A stretch of DNA of 64,000 nt from Eledone cirrhosa (lineage: Eukaryota), in assembly GCA_964016885.1 (NCBI GenBank), contig OZ024740.1, positions 194,680,001 to 194,744,000 on the forward strand, written 5' to 3'. The position numbers and the translations under genes were made by a program. Position 1 is the first letter of the stretch, and each line of letters opens with the position of its first letter. Positions 28,321 through 41,353 of the stretch are shown here, piece after piece. The notes under the pieces were generated by a model. It searched no databases, had not been told where the DNA came from, and worked only from the letters and a program-made list of their open reading frames with translations.

Positions 28321-29079
28321 ATCTGTATTAAGACTTGATCAACAAAAGCTGCCTCCTCTACTCAGGAAGTTGTGTGCACATAGAATTAAAGAAATACAAC
28401 TATAACGGCTTTGTGCTCCTCTGTGTGTCTATTTCTCTTTCTATCTGTTTACTAATCTATCTTTTCAACTCTCTAATTTTTCGATAATCAAATTGTACTG
28501 TTAACCGATGTATCTCGGTGTATTTTCGAATATCCTTGATTATATATTGTCACCTTTATACTCTTCAACTATTTATTTATTTATTTGTATCTATTGGTTT
28601 AAACTGGGTAATTGCTGGCCTTGTGCCAAAAGTAGAAACAATAATTACTCTTTTCCTTCCTCCTTTCTCCTTCTTGCTTTCTTTCTCTCCCTCTCCCACT
28701 CATGCATTCTCTCTCTCTCTCTCGCTCTCTCTCTCCCACTCATTTATCCTCTTTCTCTCTGCTCACTTGCTACTTCCGTACTCTGTCGTCTCTCCCTATT
28801 TACGCCTGTTCTCGCCAAGATCAGGTGTGTTTCTCTTCGTTCTCCCTATCTTGCTATTAATAAGGTCCCAGGGCTTACCCCCGGCCGCCAGTTTAACTTC
28901 TTCCCTTCTCTCCCTTTGGTTACTGCTACATACATGTGCCACTCCTCGTGTTTCCCCCTTTCTATCGGTATGTTTTCTGGGGGGGGGGGGGGGGTTCTTC
29001 TGTTTATTTTCATTTTTCTTTCTCTTCGCCATCGTAACCGCAGTAAGGTACTCAATACATAGTAGAGTATAAATTTTAA

Positions 29080-29199
29080 ATATAGAAATGGCTTTTACAG
29101 GAGTAGAACTGTTTCATTCGAAGGAAATCATCAGGAAAGCTTTCCTGATGATTTCTTTCGAATGAAACAGTTCTAGTCCTGTAGAAGCCATTTCTATAT
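29080..29199. repeat. 120-bp spacerless palindrome carrying a hammerhead motif on each strand
   Basis: Centre GGAAAG|CTTTCC, 3 mismatches. Plus strand CTGATGA 29145-29151, GAAA 29164-29167, cag..ctg, GTA 29181-29183. Confidence 0.9.
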
Positions 29200-29206
29200 A
29201 TTATAT

Positions 29207-29678
29207 ATGATGGCTGCCCCCTCGTTATCGAGTATGGCCATTGCACGATATACCATTATTAATAATTATTAATTAATTCTATCGTGCAATGCCTGTGCGT
29301 GAAGATATTTTTTTAAGTGAGGAAAGACTGTACACTGAGCCAATCCCACTCTCTGAGCGACAGTAGCTATAACCCGAAAAGAATAAAAGATCAACATCAT
29401 CGGTAACCACTGAGCCGCAGGTTTTATATCGGAGTTATCCCAGTTTCCTGAGTTGCCTTCTCATAGAAGAATGCCCTGACAAAGGCTAAAGGTCCTTCAC
29501 TCCCAGTGGTTTAACCGCATGGTACATGTGTATATACATATTTACACAATTTCGGATGGCCGTTGACTCTTATGAGTTCTTCGCACTTTGTCAGGTTTTG
29601 TTTTTTGTCCTGCAGGGTGTCCAAAATCACCCTCCTCACCAAGTAAACTTGGTGGGGTTGCCGGTTTAGTTGCCGAGA
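29207..29678 (+). mobile_element. Structured non-coding repeat ('ACAT element'), copy 3, 3'-truncated
   Basis: Begins ATGATGGCTGC; hairpins ctcg/cgag and cattgcacgata/tatcgtgcaatg; 3' half matches 1886-2135. Confidence 0.75.
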
Positions 29679-30254
29679 TAGTACACAAGAGAAGTATGAG
29701 ATATACAGGTGGGTCTGTATACGGAAAATATGTGTTACAAAATGGAATACGTGGAGAGTATGTACTCTCTATTGAAAAGATACACATGCATGGGGTGCTT
29801 GGACCGGCCATACTGGAGTATGTCACTGTGATAGAGGTATATTGTCTTATAGGTGTAAGGGCATTTGACTGAAAGTCAATGGAATCCGGGTCAACCTTTT
29901 CCGGCTCAGGCGATGTTCTTGCCTAGGGTGACGTGCAGAGTCGGGTATGCATCCTGGGTTATTTCGGTTTACCCCACGGGGCATATATAGTCATCAGGGT
30001 ATGGTGTCTGATCCCTTGAACCCGTTTCGCCCCTCTGGTCGGCGTGTGCTGCGCCGCATGCCTTTAGCCTAGGCTTTCCGGTGGATTCCAAGCGGAGAGT
30101 GTGCACCTTCTCTGGTGTCTGCACGTCATCATTATTTCCGATTTCAGGTTGACCGCGTCATCCTTCAGTCTGACTATCTCCATGGCCTCGTATACGCATA
30201 CACGTTCCTTTTTCCTTTTTATATATCTCTATGTGACGTTATATGTATATTTTT

Positions 30255-30447
30255 AGGGCGGTGGATTGGCAGTATAGGGAGAGGGTCGGACGCCATGCTT
30301 TGACGCATAGAGTTACGGCCCTTGCCATTCTGAGTTCAAATCCCGCCGAGGTTAACTTTGCCTTTCATCCTTACGGGGTCGATAAAATAAAGTACCAGTA
30401 ATACACTGGGTAATTTCTGGCCTTGTGCCAAACGTAGAAACAGTTAG
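30255..30447 (+). mobile_element. Full-length tRNA-derived SINE
   Basis: AGGGCGGTGGATTGGCAG head, GAGTTCAAATCC box, family core; TSD atgtatattttt. Confidence 0.9.
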
Positions 30448-30829
30448 ATGTATATTTTTAATATATTGTATATTTCTTTTATATATGTGTATATATGTAT
30501 GTGTATGTATGTGTATGTATATATGTATATATATATATATATATGTGTGTGTATGTGTATATATGTATGTATATGGTTATATTGTTTATATATGTGCATG
30601 TTTATAACAAGATGCATCCTTTCATGTATGACCCATTGTATGACCCACTGTGTATCTTTATATGACTTTGTGTGTATATCCTATTTGTGTATATATATAT
30701 ATATATATATATGTATCTTTGTGGGCCTGTATGTGAATATGCGCATATTTGTAAGAGTGTATATGAGCCAGTGTGTGTTTGTGTGTGTGTATACAAGCAC
30801 CCACTGTAGGGAAAGGGCTTGTTTGTGTG

Positions 30830-30878
<49 letters not shown>

Positions 30879-32339
30879 GATCGATGCTGTATCTGTGCCT
30901 GTATATATGGACACGTGTGTGTATGTGCGTGTGCATGGGGGAAAAGGAAAAAAAGGGGAGGGGGTCTATGTATATGTCTGTACGTGTTTGTGTATACGGA
31001 TATATATGCGCGTATGCATGTGTGTGCGCCTGTGTGTGTGTGTGTGTTTATGTATATGGGCATGTAGGCAGGCGTCTGTGTATGCGTATAGTTATAGGTT
31101 ATAGGTTATATGTTCTCCTTAAGTGTATGCGTGTAGCGGAAGTCTATGCGTACGGATGTTGTTATCTATGTGATTGTGGGGGGGGGGTGCGCGTGTGGAC
31201 GTGTGAACTACCAAACCCAGCAGTATTTCATCGAAGTGTGGCAGAAACGGGACAGCTGATGGTCAGCCGAATCATACTTGTTGGTCAGAATTATGATGAC
31301 TTAGAAAAACAACAACCAATAACAGGACGCACGAAGAGGATGTTTTTGACACTAACACCCCAGCGAAAGAATTTGCTCCGAAATTATTAGACGTGTCCGT
31401 CAAACCTGCGGATCCAGAATCAATGTAGCGAAGTATTGCGAAAATATATTTTTAAAAACTATTCACGGGAACATCGAAAAAAGACTGCAGAATATGCATA
31501 ACAACTCGAATATCCAAACACACAAAATTGGAAATGAGGTTTTATGTTGGTATATTACTCTCCATAGTTCCAGTGTTGCCATTAGTTTCCAAAATCTTAT
31601 ATAAACATTTTTCCGTGGATGAATAGATATCATAAGGTATTTGATTAAAATAACAGTAAGATGAGCTGCAGCTGCACCAAAACCTTCAGTTTCCAGTAGC
31701 CAGTTTAATTAAAAAGAAACTTAGCAGTACAAACACACAAAACCCTCCTTCTCTGGGTAATTGCTACAACACTATAGTATTTTTCCACTTAACGGTATGT
31801 CTTTCTTCTAAAGCCTTAGTTTATTGAACTCATGTCAGTCTTGAAAATATGTGAAACAAAACGTTATATTGAATTTACTGAAAACCCCTTTAAGACGTCT
31901 CACCACCTCACTTCTAAATATAACTGGATTTATATAACCAATTATAAAATAGGTCCATGACAGAACATGCAACTCCCTACATTAAATTTCCAGCTGTGAC
32001 TTTTATCTCTCAGGCAAGTCAAACGTTCTATTACAGCCTTTTGCAATGTTTTATAAACGTCTGCAATTGGTGAAGTTTTGCAGTCACTTTCTTTGATATT
32101 TATCGAGAAATTTTCACCTACTAACTGACTAAAATAGTTTATTCCCCATGTAATTGATTTTCTATCCTCTGAAAAATAGCCTTATAATGAAGATAAAACC
32201 TTTAGTTATTCATCAACACATCATTAACAATAGCTTTCATCCTGGCATTGCTGAGTTCTCCCCATATGATACTGAAGACAATAATACGCGCTTTTGCCTG
32301 TGAATAGATAATAATCTCGGCGGGGCGGTTCTGCGGACG

Positions 32340-34070
32340 AATAAGCAACCAACAGCGGTAAGTAGCCAGGGGTTGCGGAGCACTTAGTGACATTGTTATC
32401 TCTTAAGAAAACCCTCACAACACAATGATGTAGCTACGACGAGTAAAGGTCGCTTCTAAAGCGGCCTATTCTTCGTGGGTCTGAGAAAAGTACCAAATTG
32501 GTGACTGGTGCAAATGAGACCACCAAAACACACTGCAATATGGTCGGAAACAGAAAAGGCATCCATACCGCATCGTCCTTCGCATGAGTTAACAAGGGAT
32601 GCGTTCAGGCCTTAGATAGAAGAGCCTGTTCTAAAAAATATACTGAGATCTCCATCGCACGTTGCAAGAACTGAAGATTGCCCTATGACCTGTCCTGGGA
32701 GGCGTGGGATGAAAACACAACTTTACGTATCCTAAGACCCCATGAATGGTCTAGAAAGGTGCAAACCTTGAAAATTGGTAACTAGAACGTTACAACTCTA
32801 ACAGGCAAGGAGCAGGATCTGGTGGAAAAGGCCAGCTGCTACTGGCTAGATATAGTCGGGTTTTCCTCAACAAAGTTCCGTGGCTATGGTAGTGTAGATT
32901 TGGATGGAAGATGGAAACTCCACTATTCAGGTGTGGCGTCAGAAGAGACTGCACAAGTAGGAGTGGAGATACTCACAAGTTCCCAGCCGTTAGAATTTAT
33001 TATATACAGGATACCATTAGGAGGGAGAATTTAACTCTTGAAGCATGGGTTGAAAGGTAGGTCTCTGTGGATGGTGTACGCTTATGTGCCAAACAGAGAG
33101 TCCGAATACAGTTCCTTCCTTGACGATGTTACTGCAGAGTTAGTTGTAATTATGGCCGAGTCATATATCCTAATGGAAGACATCAATGCATATGTTGACA
33201 CTAACTACCTAACATGGAACAGAGAGATTGGAAGGAACGGAGAGATTGGAAGGAACGGAGAGATTGGAAGGAACGGCGATCTTAATCTAAATATGAATGG
33301 AGAGGCATTGGCAGTATCGGTAGAGGGTCGGATGCCATGCTTTGAAGCATAGAGTTACCTCCCTGTATGATCTGAGTTCAAATCCCGCCGAGGTTAACTT
33401 TGCCTTTCATCCTTCCGGGGCGATAAAATAAAGTACCAGTAATGCACTGGGTAATTGCTGGCCTTGTGCCAAAAATAGAAACAATTATTACATTTTTTTA
33501 TAGTAATGGGTTCTCTGTTATGAATACCTAGCACAAAGACATGAATACACAAGGTATAAGTGTAATGGTGTTAACATGGGGGGAGGGGATGAGCTGTCAA
33601 GTGATCACCAACTAATTATCTGCAACCTGAAACTACCGAAAGACAAGAAAGCCCACAAAACTTGCAGGTCTAGCTCAACGTATTGAATAAGGTGGGAAGT
33701 GCTGGCACATAAGAAAGTCAGGAACAAGTTTGTGGATACGATTGCATCCAAATTCAGAGGCAAACTGAGGATGTTGAAACTGTTTAGCTTGACAGTTTCT
33801 GATTCAGCTGTTAAATACTGCGGGCGAATGTGGCTAGGTGTGGCGCCGGATGGCTGGGGGAACCCCCTTGGTTCAATAAAGTGCTCAAAGATGCCATCCG
33901 AGTAAAGAAGTAGGTTTGTAAAGATTGGCTTCAAAATAAGTCATCTTTTTTGCATATGCAGTACAAACAGGTGCGAAAAGTTGCGACAGAGAATGTAAAT
34001 GTGTCCAAGGTTAAGACATGGGAAGACTGTGGGGTTAAGCAGAAATCCAACTTCACATCTGCAAACTCCT
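32340..34070 (+). mobile_element. Degenerate RTE-clade LINE 5' part (5' UTR + AP endonuclease), interrupted by a SINE
   Basis: KIGN*NVTTLTGKEQDLVE, LDIVGFSSTK, WKLHYSGV, VYAYVPN, EDINAYV, LNMNG motifs. Confidence 0.75.
33307..33487 (+). mobile_element. tRNA-derived SINE
   Basis: Same family as the 12039 and 30255 copies. Confidence 0.9.
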
Positions 34071-34519
34071 TAGAAAATCAGAGTTTAGATTCAAGAAATT
34101 TTAAATTTTTAGAATATATGATTACTCTTTGATATACGTATATCGACTATTTTTTTCATTTATAAATACAGCGTGGGGATATAAAACCCTAGAGAGGGGG
34201 TGGAAATGTACAGTATCACCTGTTGGACTCGAACTCATACCTGACATGTGTTGGACAGTTACGCTACCATTACAACAAAGTGAGGCTGAACAGTTGTCGG
34301 TAATTTTTAAGCGTTACTGTCGGCCAGTGGATGTAAGTAATCAACCGTATTTACGAAGCTTTAAGCAAATTGTGAATGTTTAGTGTATACAGCTTTTTGT
34401 TTTACTATGAAAATTAGTTGAACAAATTGTGTATATAAGCTTCTAGAAACGAAAGAAACGTGAAGAACATTGCCTGTTGGACTCGACCTCAAACCTACTG
34501 TATACACATGGAAAGCTTC

Positions 34520-35520
34520 AACAATAAAAAAAACTAAAAGAATTCCAGGAAAGATGACATAACAACAAAACTTTTAGAAAATGATAAAGGAGCTTCGGTG
34601 AAATGGTTACACTGTGCACAAAAACATGGAACTGAAATTTACGGCCAAATGGTTGAACTAAATCATTTTCATCCTATTGCCAAAAAAAGGAGACATCATG
34701 CAATATAAAAATAACAGAACAATTGCACTGATAAATCATGCTGGTAAGACCGTACTTAAGAAAATGGAAAAAGTAGAGGAACAAATTGGTTTTAAAACTG
34801 GAAAAGGAACGAGGGATGCTATTCATAGCTCAAAGATGGTTATTCAGAAAGCTAGAGAGCATGAAGAAGAATTATTTATTGCTTCTATTGACCATCAAAA
34901 ATCTTTCGACAAAGGTATTCATGACAAATTATGGTCAGTGAAGCCAGAAATATGATTTCCTCAATATTTTATAGAATTATTAAAATAATTTTATTTTCAG
35001 CACACTGCAACTGTCAAAACAAATGTTGGTTTCACTGGGTGATTGAGATTGAGTGGTGGTATTGTAAGGATATATTCTTTTCCTCTGATTAACGGATAGA
35101 AAGTATAATGGTAGACGCTCTAGAGTGTTTCCAAGGAGCAGTTAAAATCTATGGCAGAATGGTTACCATTCTGAGACCTTCCAATGATATTGTTCTTATT
35201 GTTGGTAGCTTAGAACAATTGAGAATTTTGATTTAAAATGTTTTAAAAAGTAGACACTATGGTCCATTCATTAACTTTGATAATTACTGATTATTTCAGG
35301 AACGTGATCAAGACAATCCTATAATAATTGATAATAAAATTGTCAATGTGATATAGTGTATGTGTATTCTCTCTTAGCAATATTATTTCTAATCAATGTG
35401 ATAAAAGCAAAGATATAAAATGAATTGCAATAACAAAATCTACTGCTATCTTTTTAAACCACATTTTGAAAAATCCATCAATAAATAAACGAAAGGTGAA
35501 ATATGTAAACTTTGATATTT
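34520..35520 (+). mobile_element. Old RTE-type RT fragment
   Basis: PKKGD..NNRTIAL..EEQIGFKTGKGTRDAI..IDHQKSFD (ORF 34677-34955). Confidence 0.75.
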
Positions 35521-36020
35521 CCAATAGCAATCTATGTAGGATGGAGTCTGAAAAAGCTAGTGGAAAACAATAGAGTTTAACTAACATCAGACCTATCAAC
35601 TCTCCCCGTCTGACGGGGACATCTCTCACCCACTGTGGGTGACAGATGTCTTCTCTTGTAAAAATGGCTATAGCTTATCTTCTGTAAAATCTTCCCATTT
35701 TGCCTCATTTCTCTCCGTTTTGGAGCATTTTCTTTTTCATGGTATTCCTCGTTTGAGTTTTTAGAGGTTGGCAGGATTATAACATGCTTCAACTCTTGAG
35801 AAGTTTAAAATCAGTTGGCTACGACCCCCTATCATGCTCATTCCCTTTCTATTACCATTCTCATTCTCAAGGTGGAGCCGTGAATACTGCGACTCGTTGA
35901 TACACATATGGAGTTAAGAAAGCTACTATTCCAAGTTAAGCATGAAGTAATAATAAAGCAATAATATAGTCCCTAAATAAAAAGGCAAACATACATACAC
36001 ATACACACACATACGCACAC

Positions 36021-36080
<60 letters not shown>

Positions 36081-36329
36081 GCGCACAACACAAAGGCAAC
36101 GAAAAAACGTATAGTCCCTTCTCTTCGGTCAACTTCAAGAAATCTTTATAATTCTGTGCATTAAGGTTGCGACTATTAATTCAAGTGCACATGCGATGGT
36201 AACAGAACAAAAGAGGGAATCATAGCATAAATTGGGCCTTTCAGCGAACTACACAAAATGTTATAAGACGAGGGGAATTGAGAGTGGGAGAGATAAAAAA
36301 CAGAGGTGGAGGAAAGGAATCAAAAAAAG

Positions 36330-37550
36330 GAAGATAGATAGCAAGCGATGTAATGCCAATTTTTTGATGTGTTAAAAGACCCGCATATCTAAGATCTAAT
36401 AGCCCAAAGTCCAAATTCTCTCAGGAATGCCGGAACGTGAATAAAGACAAGCAGAATTCTTGCTTAACTTGTGCAACACGATGTTCATGGAATAAATAGT
36501 ACTCAATCCACTGTATGGTAATAATATTCTAGAGATTTGCTTCACAAATAAGATGGAGCTCATCCACAATGCGAAAATAACACCAAAAATATTCTTGGAC
36601 TATATCATAGAAAAGCTAACAATGAGGGAAACAGTAAGCAAGCACCTTCAAGGAAGCACTCGGACTCTCTCCAACAGGAACTTTCACAAAGTAAACTGGA
36701 AAATGCTTCAGAAAAAGATTTTTGCACAAAGCTGGCCTGAAAATCTCTCCATACAATACATCAACGTAAAATTTCGACAATTTATGTTAATTGTGCAAGC
36801 TATATGCAGAAATGTGTTCCAGTAAAACACCAACAGACACAAAAAAATCCCCAGTGATAGAAAATTATATAAACCGAACCATAAAGATTTCTTTAAATTT
36901 GCAAAAGAAAATGCATCCGTACACCCAAGGAGAGAGCTACTGTTCGAAGATGAGACACTGGCGACAGGCCCCCAACTGGTATATGAAATACTAAGTAATA
37001 ACAAGTGTTCCACACTCCCGATAAGACACATGCAAATAAATAATAGTTTTTTACTTTTGGCACAAGGCCAGCAATTACACCAATGCATTATTGGTGCATT
37101 AGTTTATCAACCCCGTAAGAGTGAAAGGCAAAGTTAACCTCGCGGGATTTGAACTCAGAACGTAAAGAGCCATACTTCTATGCTGCAAAGCGAGTTATTT
37201 GACATCACAACCTTACACACAAAAATGGCAACCGACATCTGATATTACATCTATAGGATGATGTAATATCAGACTTAGATAATACGAACACAAATTCAAC
37301 TCTTTGTTCTGATGGGCAATCCTTTTAAATCAATGTAACGAAAGCAAAGATATAAAAAGAGGCGTAGCAACATCACTACAAGTCCTCATCCAAATAGTTC
37401 TTGCGAAGATGACGCTAAAAATTACAAACAGATCTGTCAGGCTTGACATAGCAAAGTCATAGAACGAATTATCAAAAGGAAATGGATCACATTCCTGGGA
37501 GAAAATGAACTGCTAACAGTCAGCATGAATTTCTCCAGGAAAGATTTCGT
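36330..37550 (+). mobile_element. Highly degraded CR1/L2-like LINE fragments
   Basis: NFHKVNW post-endonuclease motif; degenerate YRxVxLT and QHxF RT-proximal motifs near 37420-37545. Confidence 0.4.
37045..37200 (-). mobile_element. tRNA-derived SINE, diverged
   Basis: Reverse complement of the family core (gaaaggcaaagttaacctcgcgggatttgaactc). Confidence 0.85.
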
Positions 37551-37696
37551 CAAAAGCTATTTAGCTTAAAGGTTAAAGCGTCTAGACGGTATCTAGAAGA
37601 TATGGGATTCAATTCCTCATACCAGTCTATGGCAACATTTTTAAGGCTGTTCACCCTATTTTATAAGCAAACTTTATAGCATTTCTGCGCTTCAGC

Positions 37697-37756
<60 letters not shown>

Positions 37757-37760
<4 letters not shown>

Positions 37761-38173
37761 AAAAGCCGACCTTACCCAATTACGCCTCTCAAAGGCGATG
37801 ACACACGACCGTGACCTCTGGCGTCACGCAGTAATACAGAGTACCCGACCTCCCATGGGTACAAGCTGAAGCATATAGACAATATGCTCCACACCCTCCC
37901 ACCGCAAGGTGGTCGTGGAGGTGCCACGGCAAAAAAGCACCCAGCCCACACTGTAAAGTGGACGTGTAGTCGCCACAAAAAAAAGCACCCAGCACTCACT
38001 GTAAATGAGGTTGGTGTTAGGAAGGGCATCCAGCTGTAGAAATCAAGCCAAAATCAGTTCCTGTGTGAGCAAGGCATGGTCAGCCGACCAGACACTGCCC
38101 ACAACAGGACAACCCGTCTAACCCATGCTAGCATTGAAGAACGGACGTAAAACGGTGATGATGATGATGATGA

Positions 38174-38176
<3 letters not shown>
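37757..38176 (+). mobile_element. SINE-like / non-autonomous RTE-related element with (GAT)n tail
   Basis: aggaagggcatccagctgtagaa block and aacccatgctagcat..ggacgtaaaac end followed by (gat)n; lies between (TA)n tracts. Confidence 0.65.
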
Positions 38177-38263
<87 letters not shown>

Positions 38264-38308
38264 CACAGAAAAAAAGAGAATCAGTGTTGCGACGAATGTA
38301 ATTTATGG

Positions 38309-38404
38309 GACATGTTACAATCGTTTCTCTGGCGACCAGTTCGAGGCACGGTCGATGTGATGATCGAAACTGACTCTGAAAATTGCAAGGTCCTCAGATA
38401 CGTC
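38309..38404 (-). ncRNA. Type I hammerhead motif with extended stem II
   Basis: Minus strand gacgtat-CTGAGGA-[63 nt incl. cagtttcga/tcgaactg]-GAAA-cgatt-GTA-acatgtc, inside a ~230-bp island between (TA)n tracts. Confidence 0.6.
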
Positions 38405-38491
38405 TTGATTCTACGAACCAGATCCTGGTCCATGAGAGCATCGAGTGCTGAAACGGCCTACCGCATACGGACGTTTTAAGCATCCAACACC

Positions 38492-38555
<64 letters not shown>

Positions 38556-38557
<2 letters not shown>

Positions 38558-39116
38558 CTAGGGCAGGTAAAATTCCCGAGATCCATGGACGAGTTCTCTC
38601 CAGCGCCCTCTGTCCCTCATTATCGATTCCATGTCCTGCGTCTCCAACAGACCAGTGTCTGTCCTTAGGGCATCCACATACGTTAACCTTGGTCTTCCTC
38701 TTCCAGTGTGTCCATGTAAGGGCTCCCACAGGAGCACTGAGTGAAATGTCAACTCTGGATATCGGTGAGCATGTCCAGCTAACCTCAGTCTCCTCTGTGT
38801 CACTTTTGAGCAGACTTTTGGGAAGCTCCCATACAGCTCTGAGTTTTTCAGCCTCAGTGTATACTGATTAATGTTCAGAGCCATCCTCAGCATTCTCGTG
38901 TAGCACCCATCCACCATCTGAGTGAGTTTCTTGGTTAGTGTCCAAGTTTCAGACCCGTACTGCAGCACAGATTCCACTACAGAAATGAAGAGGCGGATTT
39001 TCAGGTCTTTACGAAGGTCCGACTTCCACACCGATCTCAAGCTGTGGCACGCCGCCCAGGCTTTGCTCTTCCTCTCAACCACATCATCTTCCGTATTCCC
39101 AATCTTTGCTCCCAAA
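38556..39116 (-). mobile_element. RTE-clade LINE 3' fragment
   Basis: ESVLQYGSETWTL..DGCYTRMLR..RRLRLAGH..GRGRPRLTY (ORF 38558-39220); ends in (TA)n. Confidence 0.9.
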
Positions 39117-39138
39117 TATATATATATCTTTGGGAGAA

Positions 39139-39179
<41 letters not shown>

Positions 39180-39350
39180 TTAGTACATCTACCAACATAT
39201 GTGTACAGATGTACACTCATGCTAGCAAATATATAAGTTATGTCTTAGTACCTATGTGGTTCTATGCAGGTGAATGCAGAACAATTATATGAAAGACGTA
39301 AAATAAGAAAATTTTAAAAATTAAAAATCAACTTACTTACTAAAATTTTC

Positions 39351-39436
39351 ACTCCAACTAATTAGTTTCTGTAATGGGATAAATATAGTTACATAATATA
39401 TATAACTATAGAGAATTCATTACGTCATCAGGGAGT
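39351..39436 (-). ncRNA. Type I hammerhead ribozyme (inverted copy)
   Basis: Reverse complement of 39867-39952. Confidence 0.85.
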
Positions 39437-39866
39437 CTATTCTCAGCTAAGTTCCCAGGCAATGCGCGGACACTAGGAACCCATATAAAAATAATAATTC
39501 AGTAGATGGAATGAAGCTAGCGAGGATTAGATTCCGGAGCACTGAAAAAATGTCACTGCCTCTGGTCAGTGGCAGATTCTAAAGAATCAATCACGTGACA
39601 CCGAGGTTAATCAGTTAGGAGCGGGGTGGTATTATGACAAGAGCCTACTACTACCATGAAACAGCAGTAAATTTTGGCCAGTTTTGCTCAACAAATAATT
39701 TGGAGATAAATATAGAGAATTAGTACATCTACCAACATATGTGTACAGATGTACACTCATGCTAGCAAATATATAAGTTATGTCTTAGTACCTATGTGGT
39801 TCTATGCAGGTGAATGCAGAACAATTATATGAAAGACGTAAAATAAGAAAATTTAGCTGAGAATAG

Positions 39867-39952
39867 ACTCCCTGATGACGTAATGAATTCTCTATAGTTA
39901 TATATATTATGTAACTATATTTATCCCATTACAGAAACTAATTAGTTGGAGT
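39867..39952 (+). ncRNA. Type I hammerhead ribozyme
   Basis: actcc-CTGATGA-c-gtaatg..cattac-a-GAAA-ctaatta-GTT-ggagt; stem III region aactaattagtt is palindromic. Confidence 0.85.
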
Positions 39953-41286
39953 GAAAATTTTAGTAAGTAAGTTGATTTTTAATTTTTAAAATTTTCTTAT
40001 TTTACGACTTTCATATATATATATATATAGGAGTAGACTTAGAAACTACACCCAACTAACTAAAAGCTGGCAATATAAGCACTCAGCAGAGCCATGTGGA
40101 GGGAAGGAATGGTGGACCCGGTACCCACCCTGGGAACCCAAACAGACCCATCAACGAGCTTCAAATACAGATGGTATAACCATCGCCATTCCTTTAATAG
40201 GGGGGGGGGAAAGTACGGCTCTTTCTGAACTGATCTGGAAGCTCAAGCTGGACAGGACCCCGCACTCTCTGGTCGGGTCCAAAATCAGAAAAGTGCCACC
40301 TGATAGAGGGGTCTCTAGCATCTGCAACCTATGTCTGAGCGAGCCTCTCGAGATACTCAGTGGTGGGAGCAGCCTAATCAACCTCAGGACCGACTTCTTT
40401 GGTACATGTAGACACCTCAGGGCCGGAACCTTCCTCAAGCTATATGGATAATAACAACACATTGGGATGGGAACTTCTCTCATGCTATAGGGACAGCAGC
40501 CCCGTCGCAACGAGCCCAAGGTAAACCACCCCCTACACACCCCACCTCTACTCCCTCCTCAATCGACTCCTATAGTAACACACCTACCTAGCAGCTAAAA
40601 CCATGGCTCACACCCTGTGGTCAACCCCTCTCTCACTTCCTTAACCAGAACTCAAGCTAGCTGACACTAGATGATATAAATAGATGAAGTACGTCGGTGG
40701 AGTCCTATCCTCTGTGCAAACATGCACCCCAAGTTTCCGACCAGCGGGCCCCAACACCCAACCCCGGCGTGTGACCCGAATACTCGGAGGATATCTTGCC
40801 TCGAACCCGACCCCCTTCGCACGCATGAGTCAGGGATAAATACCACAAGTAAATATGTATTTTAAATAAATATGTATGCAAATATGTATTTGAATTTCGT
40901 ATTTCTAAAGAAATACGGTATGTTTATAAACAAACATTGAGAAAGCCATAGCTATGAACAACACACTGGCAGCTAACGCCACCAGACGGTGCCCGACAGA
41001 AGCTAGTGGGTACAATTGTCTATGCATTTAGAACTCAACTGGTTATCGTCAAGACGATCTCTCCCGCTCTTGCAACTGCCGGACTTTGAAAACAGGCGAA
41101 AATATATAGTTTTTTCATCTGTGTAAATAATGTGATTAATCTCATTTGCATATGAAGCTGTATAAGTTGGCTCAACTTGCAGTAAAATAGAGTTAGAATT
41201 TAGCTTCGAACATAGCTGTATACAAATATGTATTTGAATTTCGTATATTCTCAGCGCTTCAAAAAGCCGAAAATTTGACTTCGTAC

Positions 41287-41353
<67 letters not shown>

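Larger units (their letters stand above)
39174..40017. mobile_element. ORF-less hammerhead element: 1.26 copies of a 540-bp unit (minus strand) plus an inverted 165-bp copy
   Basis: Direct repeat 39174-39314 = 39714-39854. Inverted repeat 39286-39450 / 39853-40017 with 1 mismatch. Confidence 0.88.

Noticed and set aside
29207-29678. 'ACAT element' as a group I/II intron, RNase P/MRP or HDV ribozyme
   Set aside because: The U|..G| boundaries, a CAATC.CAC block and GAGGAAAG are suggestive, but there is no P7 GACUA/UAGUC pair, domain V, CR-V or compact HDV topology; left unassigned.
29985-30030. Minus-strand GAAAC..CTGATGA as a permuted hammerhead
   Set aside because: No stems I and II consistent with the core could be formed.
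33216-33276. Threefold 18-bp repeat (ggaacggagagattggaa) as a CRISPR-like array
   Set aside because: Spacerless tandem slippage inside an RTE endonuclease remnant in eukaryotic DNA.
40060-40830. GC-richer segment as a host exon (ORF 40151-40540)
   Set aside because: No recognisable domain or splice pattern; more likely a decayed LINE ORF1 fragment, too weak to annotate.
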